Positions 43,465-51,457 of a stretch of DNA of 64,000 nt are shown here, piece after piece (the stretch's first letter is position 1; each line of letters begins with the position of its first letter). The position numbers and the translations under genes are program-made. Below the pieces are notes generated by a model. It was given only the letters and a program-made list of their open reading frames with translations. It had not been told where the DNA came from and made no database searches. Origin of the DNA: Arenicellales bacterium (GTDB taxonomy: Bacteria; Pseudomonadota; Gammaproteobacteria; Arenicellales; JAANXG01); assembly GCA_965216665.1 (NCBI GenBank), contig OZ244194.1, positions 2,232,368-2,296,367 on the forward strand, read 5' to 3'.

Positions 43465-43482
43465 CTGTAACAAGTCTGCAAC
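43465..43482 (+). promoter_or_regulatory. candidate Pho box upstream of ppk1
   Basis: CTGTAAC-aagt-CTGCAAC is two 7-nt direct repeats with a 4-nt spacer (compare CTGTCAT-N4-CTGTCAT). A TATCCT -10-like hexamer lies 10 bp downstream. Confidence 0.4.
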
Positions 43483-43527
43483 AATCCCGGGTCTATCCTC
43501 GCACACGCAAGCATACCGACGACCGCC

Positions 43528-45621
43528 GTGTCCACTGCCGAGAATCACGTTGTTTCTGCAGACCTGAATCGCCCGGAATGGTACATCAACCGGGAATTGA
43601 GCCAGTTGGCGTTCAACCGGCGCGTGTTCGAGCAGGCGCAGAGCCCCGAGGTGCCGTTGCTGGAGCGATTGCGGTTCTTGTGCATTACGAGCTCCAACCT
43701 GGACGAATTCTTCGAAGTACGCGTAGCCGGGCTCAAACAGCAGGCCGAGTATGGCGCGGTACAGACGGGGGCCGACGGATTGACGCCACTGGACGCGTTG
43801 CGCCGCATCAGCGACACCGCCCACGAACTCGTGGCCGCTCAGTATGCGCTGTTGAACGACGTGTTGTTGCCGGAGCTGGAGCGGGAAGACATCCGGTTTC
43901 TGCGCCGTGAACAGTGGCGCAGAGCACAACAGGCGTGGTTGGACCGCTATTTCGACGACGAGTTACTGCCGATTCTGACTCCCATTAGACTCGATCCGGC
44001 GCACCCGTTCCCGCGCACGCTCAATAAGAACCTGAACTTCATCGTTACGCTGGAAGGTAAAGACGCATTCGGTAATCGCGACGGCATGGCGATCGTACCG
44101 ATTCCCCGCGCGCTGCCTCGCCTGATACGTATCCCGCCGGAAGAAGCTTCCGGCGCGAACGATTTCGTCTTCCTTTCGTCAGTGATCCACATCCATGTTG
44201 GCGATCTGTTTCCCGGCATGAAAGTCACCGGCTGTTACCAGTTCCGCGTGACGCGCAACAGCGAGTTGTTCGTGGACACCGAAGAAGTCGACGATTTACT
44301 GCGCGCCCTGGAGGGTGAACTGCCGTCGCGGCGCTACGGTGATGCGGTGCGTTTGGAAGTGGCCGACAACTGCCCGGACAGCCTGGCCGGATTTCTGTTG
44401 CGCCGTTTCGAGCTCGCGGTGGAGGACCTGTACCGTGTCAACGGCCCGGTCAATTTGAACCGTCTCATTGCCCTGCCCGATCTCGTCGAGCGGCCGGACC
44501 TGAAATACGCGAGCTTCACTCCCGGTCTGCCGGCCAAGGTGCCTGCCGGCACCAACATGTTCAAAGCCATCGGCAGCGGCGACATCCTCTTGCACCATCC
44601 GTTTCAATCCTTCATGCCGGTAGTGGAGTTCGTCCGCCAGGCGGCAAACGACCCGCATGTGCTGGCGATCAAACAGACCCTGTACCGGACCGGCGTCGAA
44701 TCGGTGTTGGTCCAGGCGTTAATGGACGCGGCGCGAGGCGGTACGGAAGTCACCGTCGTCGTGGAGCTGCGCGCGCGCTTCGACGAAGAGACCAATATCT
44801 CGATCGCCACGCAATTGCAGGAAGCGGGTGTACATGTGGTGTACGGAATTGTGGGGTACAAGACCCATGCCAAGATGCTGATGGTGGTACGCCGCGAGCA
44901 GGGCAAGCTGCGTCGCTACGTGCATCTGGGCACCGGCAACTACCATCAACGTACGTCGCGTTTGTATACCGACTACGGTTACTTCACGTGCGACAAAAAG
45001 ATCTGTGAGGATGTACACGCCATCTTCATGCAACTGACTACGCAGAGCCGAAGCGTCGCGTTGCACAAGCTGCTCGAGTCCCCGTTCACTCTGCAATCCG
45101 GCATCATCGAGCGCATCGAGCGGGAGGCCAAACACGCCCGGAGCAAGCGCCCGGCGCGCATCATCGCGAAAATGAACGGCCTGGTGAGCCCCGGCGTCAT
45201 CCAGGCGCTGTACCACGCCTCCTGCGCCGGAGTAAAGATTGACCTGATCGTGCGCGGCGTATGCTGTTTGCGTCCGGGTGTGAAAGGCGTATCGGAGAAC
45301 ATCACTGTCCGGTCGATCGTCGGACGTTTTCTAGAGCACACGCGCGTCTACTACTTCGAGAACGACGGTGACCCGCAAGTTTTCTGCGCCAGCGCAGATT
45401 GGATGCCGCGAAACCTGGTCCAGCGCGTGGAGCAATGTTTTCCCATCACGAGCAAGCGCCTGAAGCGGCGCATCATCGCCGATTTGGAGTTGTATCTCCG
45501 GGACAACACGCAATCCTGGCAGATGGGGTCGGACGGTCAGTATCGACGGATCGAGACTGTGGAAAACGAACCTCGGATTTCGGCACAGCAGTCGCTGCTC
45601 GAGGACCTGGCTGGCGCTTGA
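43528..45621 (+). CDS. ppk1: polyphosphate kinase 1
   Basis: 697 aa. N-terminal ...YINRELSQLAFNRRVFEQA... and two PLD-like HKD-type regions (...YKTHAKMLMV..., ...RFLEHTRVYYF...). GTG start. Confidence 0.9.
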   Translation: MSTAENHVVSADLNRPEWYINRELSQLAFNRRVFEQAQSPEVPLLERLRFLCITSSNLDEFFEVRVAGLKQQAEYGAVQTGADGLTPLDALRRISDTAHELVAAQYALLNDVLLPELEREDIRFLRREQWRRAQQAWLDRYFDDELLPILTPIRLDPAHPFPRTLNKNLNFIVTLEGKDAFGNRDGMAIVPIPRALPRLIRIPPEEASGANDFVFLSSVIHIHVGDLFPGMKVTGCYQFRVTRNSELFVDTEEVDDLLRALEGELPSRRYGDAVRLEVADNCPDSLAGFLLRRFELAVEDLYRVNGPVNLNRLIALPDLVERPDLKYASFTPGLPAKVPAGTNMFKAIGSGDILLHHPFQSFMPVVEFVRQAANDPHVLAIKQTLYRTGVESVLVQALMDAARGGTEVTVVVELRARFDEETNISIATQLQEAGVHVVYGIVGYKTHAKMLMVVRREQGKLRRYVHLGTGNYHQRTSRLYTDYGYFTCDKKICEDVHAIFMQLTTQSRSVALHKLLESPFTLQSGIIERIEREAKHARSKRPARIIAKMNGLVSPGVIQALYHASCAGVKIDLIVRGVCCLRPGVKGVSENITVRSIVGRFLEHTRVYYFENDGDPQVFCASADWMPRNLVQRVEQCFPITSKRLKRRIIADLELYLRDNTQSWQMGSDGQYRRIETVENEPRISAQQSLLEDLAGA

Positions 45622-45659
45622 CCGCCGCAACGGCCGCACCCGAATCGAGAATTCGTGAC

Positions 45660-46211
45660 GTGGGTCGACTCATCTACGTGATCGGCGCGTCCGGCGTGGG
45701 GAAAGACACCGTGCTTCGCCATGTTCGGCGTCGGACGCTGCCCGACAGTCCGTGGGTCGTCGCCCACCGGTACATTACCCGTGCGCCGGACGCGGGCCCC
45801 GAAAACCACATTACCCTCAGCGAATCGGAGTTCGAGCAGCGCCGGACAGCGGGCCTGTTCGCGCTGCACTGGGACAGCCACGGCTACCGCTACGGAATCG
45901 GTATCGAGATCGAGGCGTGGCTGGCGCGTGGCCTTGATGTGCTGGTGAATGGTTCGCGCGGTTATTTGTTTGCGGCGCAAAAACGCTTCCCGGAACTGCT
46001 ACCGGTGAAAATTACGGTTTCCGATTCGGTACTCAGAACACGACTGGCGCGCCGCGGCCGGGAATCCGGCACCGAAATCGACGCGCGCCTGGTGCGCGCC
46101 GACCGATTGGACGCGGTACGCTGCCCGAATCTTTACGAAATCAATAACGATGGGCGCGTGGAAATCGCCGGCGACGCGTTGCTCGCGTTATGCGGGGCTA
46201 ACGATAGCTGA
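45660..46211 (+). CDS. phnN: ribose 1,5-bisphosphate phosphokinase PhnN
   Basis: RLIYVIGASGVGKDTVL...VAHRYITR....ENHI.LSE.EF...VLVNGSR... is colinear with E. coli PhnN. The start is uncertain (GTG 45660 or TTG 45618, which overlaps the ppk1 stop). Confidence 0.85.
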   Translation: MGRLIYVIGASGVGKDTVLRHVRRRTLPDSPWVVAHRYITRAPDAGPENHITLSESEFEQRRTAGLFALHWDSHGYRYGIGIEIEAWLARGLDVLVNGSRGYLFAAQKRFPELLPVKITVSDSVLRTRLARRGRESGTEIDARLVRADRLDAVRCPNLYEINNDGRVEIAGDALLALCGANDS

Positions 46212-47736
46212 GCTCGAATCCAGCCGCGCGCAGAAACTTCGCTTCTCCTTCCAGATCGGCCACCGTCAGCGGGTGGGAGTCCAGCCACTCGGATGGGAAT
46301 TTCACCGTGAGCGCGTTACCCTCGGTATTCAAGCGTAGCTGCGGCGGAGCGGATTCGCTGCGCCCACGGTGCAGGAGCACCGCCAATCGCAACAACACGC
46401 ACAAACGTTTACTCGATTCCACCAGCCGGCGCGGTAAACCCTCAAACTCGGTGCTCGGGAACTTGCGCCGGTGTCCGCGTATCAGTGCCGCCAGCGCTCC
46501 TTGTTCGCTGCGCGAAAACCCCGCCATATCGGCATTCGCCACCACGTAGGCGCCGTGTTTATGGTACTGACCGTGGGCAACGGACAGCCCGATCTCGTGC
46601 AGCTCCGCGGCCCAAGCCAGCCGATCGGCGTAAACGCCACCGGCCAGTTCCCAGGACTCTGCCACTTGTGCCAGCAATCCGGCCGCGGTGGTCTTGATCC
46701 GACCCGCGTGCACCGAATCCACGGTCCAGCGCCGGGCCAGTGTTTCCACGGTGTGCGTGCGCACGTCAGTATGACGAATGCGTCCAATCAGGTCATACAG
46801 CAAACCTTCGCGCATCGCCTGGTCGGACACATACAAGCGGTCGATATCCAGCAGTTCGAACAAGGCGCTCAATATCGCTACGCCTCCCGGCAGAATCGGC
46901 CGGCGGTCGGGGCTCACGCCCATTTCTTCGAGGCCGTCGACATGCCCAGCTTCGATCAACGCGTCGCGCAGTTTGGCGAGCGCCGAACGCGTGATACCGT
47001 GTTTGCACCATCCGCGCGCCTGCACGACGCTGCGCACGGCGCGTACCGTACCGGAACAACCGATCGCCCGCTCCCAACCGGTGCCCCGAAACAGCGCCAT
47101 TACCGGTTGCGTGGCCAGCTCCGCGTCGATTTCCGCCGCGCAAAACTTTTTCTTTCTGATACGCCCGTCCGCGAAATGCCTGTTACTCAAGGTTACGCAG
47201 CCCACATGCAGGCTTTCCCGGTGGGTCGTGGCAAATCCGGTGCCGGCGATGACCTCGGTGCTGCCGCCGCCGATGTCTATAACTAACCGCCGCTCATCTC
47301 CCGCCGCCAGACCGTGTGCGACGCCGAGATAAATCAAGCGCGCTTCCTCGCGCCCGCCGATCACCTCGATCGGGTGGCCCAAGGCATCTTCGGCTTCGGC
47401 CACGAACGCCGAGGAGTTGCGCGCCAGACGCAGCGTGTTGGTGCCCGCGGCGCGGACGTTCCCCTGCTGAATGCCGCGCAGCCGTTGACCAAACCGTTGT
47501 AGACACTCCAGTGCTCTGTCCATCGCCTCGCGCGTCAGACACTTGTCGTCGTCGATGCCCGACGCCAGACGTACCGTTTCCCGCAGGCGATCGATAATCG
47601 ACAGTTGACCATGGTCGAGCCTAGCAACGATGAGATGAAAGCTGTTGGACCCGAGATCGATGGCGGCAACGGTCTCGTCACCATCGGCCCCGGCATCGAC
47701 GTTCGGCGGTCGCGTCGTATTTGCGGCTTGGGCCAT
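46198..47736 (-). CDS. ppx: exopolyphosphatase (Ppx/GppA family)
   Basis: AAIDLGSNSFHLIVAR...DIGGGSTE..., 512 aa. Confidence 0.9.
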   Translation of the reverse strand: MAQAANTTRPPNVDAGADGDETVAAIDLGSNSFHLIVARLDHGQLSIIDRLRETVRLASGIDDDKCLTREAMDRALECLQRFGQRLRGIQQGNVRAAGTNTLRLARNSSAFVAEAEDALGHPIEVIGGREEARLIYLGVAHGLAAGDERRLVIDIGGGSTEVIAGTGFATTHRESLHVGCVTLSNRHFADGRIRKKKFCAAEIDAELATQPVMALFRGTGWERAIGCSGTVRAVRSVVQARGWCKHGITRSALAKLRDALIEAGHVDGLEEMGVSPDRRPILPGGVAILSALFELLDIDRLYVSDQAMREGLLYDLIGRIRHTDVRTHTVETLARRWTVDSVHAGRIKTTAAGLLAQVAESWELAGGVYADRLAWAAELHEIGLSVAHGQYHKHGAYVVANADMAGFSRSEQGALAALIRGHRRKFPSTEFEGLPRRLVESSKRLCVLLRLAVLLHRGRSESAPPQLRLNTEGNALTVKFPSEWLDSHPLTVADLEGEAKFLRAAGFELSYR

Positions 47737-47846
47737 GTGAGCGGCTTATCCCCCGGGCTGCGAGGCGCGCTGTACGGGCACTTCCTGCGGGGTCAGGTCC
47801 GGCAACGCCGTTCCGGAACGCGGGTGATGAAGGTTCGCCTCACCAC

Positions 47847-48434
47847 CTAACCGGCGTGTTCCTGCAATAACCGGTCGATCTGCGCTTCGATCTGCTTGGC
47901 CGTCGGATCGCCATCATGCACTTCGCCGACGTACTTGGCGCGCACGCGGCCGGTCTTGTCGATCAAGTAAAACGTCGGCCAATAGTGGTTATTCATCGCC
48001 TTCCAGTATGAGAAATCGTTGTCGATCATTACCGGATGGGTGATTCCGAACTCCCGGGTTTTGCGCAAGACCTGTGCACGGTCCTTCTCGTGCACGAATT
48101 CCGGCGTATGGACACCGAGGACCTGAAACGCCTGACCCTGAAGACGATCCTCCAACGCCGTCAACCAGGGGAAGGAACGGAAACAATTCCAGCATCCGTA
48201 AGTCCAGAAGTCGACCAGCACCACGCTGCCTTTCAGATCGCCCAACCGCAGCGGCTCGGAGTTTATCCAGTTCTGCGGTTCAACATGGGTCAATTCGGGC
48301 GCGTCCCACGGCGCATCGGACTGGCGTGCCCCGGCAGTCCAGAGGCTGGTGGACAACAGCGCCGCCAAACAGGCAGCGGCCAAACCCCAGACTAGCGGTT
48401 TAAATCGCCATATCGGCGCGCTGGATTCGGGCAT
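47847..48434 (-). CDS. TlpA/redoxin-family periplasmic thiol-disulfide oxidoreductase
   Basis: N-terminal anchor, then VVLVDFWTYGCWNCFRSFPWL. Confidence 0.8.
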   Translation of the reverse strand: MPESSAPIWRFKPLVWGLAAACLAALLSTSLWTAGARQSDAPWDAPELTHVEPQNWINSEPLRLGDLKGSVVLVDFWTYGCWNCFRSFPWLTALEDRLQGQAFQVLGVHTPEFVHEKDRAQVLRKTREFGITHPVMIDNDFSYWKAMNNHYWPTFYLIDKTGRVRAKYVGEVHDGDPTAKQIEAQIDRLLQEHAG

Positions 48435-48506
48435 GGGGCGGTGTTAAAAACTGGAATCGGTTGTTTTTGTGTCGGGGTACCGTCTTACAACTATGAGTAT
48501 AGCTCA

Positions 48507-48572
48507 TTTTAACGGCGGTAACGATGCGCGGTTAACATGTTTTAACGGCGGTAACGACGCGCGGTTAACATG
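48507..48572. repeat. 2 x 33-bp tandem direct repeat (one mismatch), each unit containing TTAAC...GTTAA
   Basis: ttttaacggcggtaacgaTgcgcggttaacatg / ttttaacggcggtaacgaCgcgcggttaacatg. It is preceded by ATGAG-tatag-CTCAT at 48493-48507. Confidence 0.9.
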
Positions 48573-48682
48573 ACCGAGTTGGGTGGTGGCGCGCGACCGC
48601 GCGCCTGCGACCTAAACAAAAACCATAGCGGGTTGATCAACAACCCGTACAATATCCCGTATGCCCAGATACGACTACCGGC

Positions 48683-49534
48683 ATGCCCGCGCCCCGCTCT
48701 GCAGTGACGACTGACCTGGTGGGAGTGCTTACCGCGGCAGCCATCGCGTACGGTCTGCTTCTGGTCGCGATGTACACCTTTCAAGCGCAGTTCGTCTATT
48801 TCCCCGCTTCGACCGTGGATGCGACGCCCGCCGACGCGGGTCTTGTCTTTGAGGAGGTTTCACTCCGCACGGAGGACGGTGTACCTCTGCACGGCTGGTG
48901 GCTGCCGGCCGCGCGACCTGCGCGCCAGACCCTCTTGTTCCTGCACGGCAACGCGGGAAACATCGCCCATCGCCTCGATTCACTCCGTATTTTTCACGAA
49001 CTCGGCGTCGACACACTCATCATCGACTATCGCGGCTACGGCAAGAGCGGAGGGACTCCCTCCGAATCCGGAACCTACGCGGACGCAAGCGCCGCGTGGC
49101 ACTATCTCACCCGGGTACGCGCCGTGCCGGCGGGGCGTATCGTGGTGTTCGGGCGCTCGCTGGGGGCCGCGGTAGCCGTGTGGCTGGCCACCCACCGAAC
49201 CGTCGGCGCTCTGATCATCGAGTCGGGGTTCACGTCGCTACCCGATCTCGCGGCGCACCACTATTCGTGGCTGCCGGTTCGGCGCCTCGCACGCTACTCG
49301 TACGACAGCGCCGCGCGGCTGCCGCGCGTATCGGTGCCGATCCTGGTGGTACACAGTCGCGACGACGAGATCATCCCCTTTGAGCACGGACACCATCTGT
49401 TCGCGGTTGCCCCCGAGCCTAAGCAGTTCCTCATCCTTGACGGCGATCACAACGCCGGTTTCCTCACGTCGCGGACCCGCTACGTCGCCGGCCTACGGCG
49501 GTTTCTCGACGGTCTCGATCAACCGGCGACCTGA
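48683..49534 (+). CDS. alpha/beta hydrolase with an N-terminal membrane anchor
   Basis: ...LFLHGNAGN...IIDYRGYGKSGG...VFGRSLGAAVA...HSRDDEIIPFEHG.... Confidence 0.8.
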   Translation: MPAPRSAVTTDLVGVLTAAAIAYGLLLVAMYTFQAQFVYFPASTVDATPADAGLVFEEVSLRTEDGVPLHGWWLPAARPARQTLLFLHGNAGNIAHRLDSLRIFHELGVDTLIIDYRGYGKSGGTPSESGTYADASAAWHYLTRVRAVPAGRIVVFGRSLGAAVAVWLATHRTVGALIIESGFTSLPDLAAHHYSWLPVRRLARYSYDSAARLPRVSVPILVVHSRDDEIIPFEHGHHLFAVAPEPKQFLILDGDHNAGFLTSRTRYVAGLRRFLDGLDQPAT

Positions 49535-49539
49535 CGCCG

Positions 49540-50073
49540 ATGCCTTATGACTACTACTTCCGATTGTCCCGCCGGCAGCAGCAAATTTATCGCGCCAGCG
49601 ACCGCATCGCGACGATTGCCGTGCCCGACGCGGGCGCACTGCGTACCGTGTGCGGTGACTTGGGCGCCGCGCTCGCGAACGCCGATCGGCGCGCCACGCA
49701 GGCCGCTTGTGGAAAACTGGTGAATGACCTGGTCGCCCAGCTCAACGCGCCGCGATTGCGGGTATCGGTGCGCACGACGAGGCCCTCCCATCACTGGGGG
49801 GAATTGCACGGGCTGTACGAACCCGCCGACGACATCCAACCGGCGCGCATTGTGGTCTGGATGCGTACCGCAAAACGGCGTCAGGTCGTCGCGTATAAAA
49901 CGTTTCTGCGTACGCTCCTGCACGAAGTTTGTCACCATCTGGACTACACCCACCTGAAACTGCCGGATTCTTTTCACACCGAAGGGTTTTACCGGCGCGA
50001 AACCTGTCTGTACAAGGCGGTGACCGGTCCGACACCAGGCGATTTGCACCATGTCGACCCCCGACAACGCTGA
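49540..50073 (+). CDS. hypothetical protein with an HExxH zinc-metallopeptidase-like motif
   Basis: TLLHEVCHHLDY, 177 aa. It starts 5 bp after the hydrolase gene. Confidence 0.5.
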   Translation: MPYDYYFRLSRRQQQIYRASDRIATIAVPDAGALRTVCGDLGAALANADRRATQAACGKLVNDLVAQLNAPRLRVSVRTTRPSHHWGELHGLYEPADDIQPARIVVWMRTAKRRQVVAYKTFLRTLLHEVCHHLDYTHLKLPDSFHTEGFYRRETCLYKAVTGPTPGDLHHVDPRQR

Positions 50074-50665
50074 CCAATTCTGGGAGTCGCGTTACCACGA
50101 CGCCCACACGCCGTGGGACCGGGGTAAGGTGAGTCCGGCCCTGCGCGGCTGGCTGGACACCGGGGTGCTGACTCCCGGCCCGATCCTGGTGCCCGGCTGC
50201 GGCAACGGCTACGAGGTCGTGGCACTGGCGCGCCGCGGGTTCGCAGTCACCGCCGTGGACATTGCGCCGACGCCGCTGGCGGCGCTGGCACAAGCCTTGC
50301 GGGATGCCGCCGCGACCGCGCGGCTCATACACACCGATCTCATGGACTGGCAGCCGCCGCGGCGGTTTCCGGCGGTCTACGAACAGACCTGTTTGTGCGC
50401 GCTGACGCCGGACCGGTGGACCGATTACGCCGCCCGGCTCGCGCAGTGGCTGGAACCCGGTGGTCGGCTGTATGCCTGTTTCATGCAGACCGGCGGCTCC
50501 GGCGGACCACCGTTTCATTGTGCGCTGGACGCCATGCACGGACTGTTCGCGGCGCCCACCTGGCGGTGGCCGACCGAAGCACCGGTCAAAATCCCGCACC
50601 CAGCGGGTTTTCACGAACTGGCCGTCATTCTGACACGCGGCCCCGGGCGCGCGTCAGGCGGTTAA
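50051..50665 (+). CDS. SAM-dependent methyltransferase, thiopurine S-methyltransferase (TPMT)-like
   Basis: FWESRYHDAHTPWDRGKVSPAL...ILVPGCGNGYEVVALARRGFAVTAVDIAP. Confidence 0.7.
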   Translation: MSTPDNADQFWESRYHDAHTPWDRGKVSPALRGWLDTGVLTPGPILVPGCGNGYEVVALARRGFAVTAVDIAPTPLAALAQALRDAAATARLIHTDLMDWQPPRRFPAVYEQTCLCALTPDRWTDYAARLAQWLEPGGRLYACFMQTGGSGGPPFHCALDAMHGLFAAPTWRWPTEAPVKIPHPAGFHELAVILTRGPGRASGG

Positions 50666-50732
50666 CGGTTGCACGCGAACCCCGTAATCCTTAAAGTCCG
50701 GCCCTTGGATTTGAATGGGGAGACGAATTCCG

Positions 50733-51053
50733 ATGAAAACGATTCTGCCGAGCGCGGTGTTCCTGGCGCTATTCGGCGTGGGCCCTGCCGCGCTCGCCGC
50801 CGGTGACGCGGAACAGGGGCGCCTCAGAGCGCAGACCTGTATGGGATGCCACGGCGCACCGGGGATGCGCAACGCCTACCCGGGCTATCGCGTGCCGAAG
50901 CTGGGGGGTCAACACGCCCAGTATTTGGCGGACGCACTCAAGGCCTACCGACAGCGGACCCGCGCGCACCCCACCATGCAGGCCCAGGCCGCCGACTTGA
51001 GCGACGAAGACATCGCCAACATCGCCGCCTATTTTTCCGCGCTCGGTAAATAG
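50733..51053 (+). CDS. monohaem class I cytochrome c
   Basis: Signal peptide, CMGCHG, and a distal Met context (HPTMQAQ). GGGGAGA SD before ATG 50733. Confidence 0.8.
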   Translation: MKTILPSAVFLALFGVGPAALAAGDAEQGRLRAQTCMGCHGAPGMRNAYPGYRVPKLGGQHAQYLADALKAYRQRTRAHPTMQAQAADLSDEDIANIAAYFSALGK

Positions 51054-51075
51054 ATCACGAAGGAGTCTCTCTAAT

Positions 51076-51417
51076 ATGACGCGAAACCTCATCTATGGAG
51101 CGGTCGCCATCGGGCTGGTGAGTCTTCCCGGGGCCGTGCTGGCCGCGGGCGACCCGGTCGCCGGTAAAGAAAAGGCGCAGGTTTGCGCAAGCTGCCACGG
51201 CACCGACGGGATCAGCCCAACACCGAACTTTCCCATCCTGGCGGGCCAATACGCCGACTACATCGAGCGTGCGCTCAAGGATTACCAGACCGGCGAGCGC
51301 GACAATGCGGTCATGAAAGGGTTGGTGACCAACCTGAGCGACACGGACATCCGCGATCTTGCGGCATGGTTCGCCAGTCAGGAAGGCCTCGCGGCACCCG
51401 AGATTACCAACCCTTAG
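51076..51417 (+). CDS. monohaem class I cytochrome c
   Basis: Signal peptide, CASCHG, ...NAVMKGL.... Confidence 0.8.
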   Translation: MTRNLIYGAVAIGLVSLPGAVLAAGDPVAGKEKAQVCASCHGTDGISPTPNFPILAGQYADYIERALKDYQTGERDNAVMKGLVTNLSDTDIRDLAAWFASQEGLAAPEITNP

Positions 51418-51457
51418 CCGCACCACCGGTAATGCGGTGATGCCGGCGGCGCGCCGG

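Noticed and set aside
48507-48572. Possible mini-CRISPR array.
   Set aside because: There are only two units, directly abutting with no spacers, and no cas genes. It is a tandem duplication.
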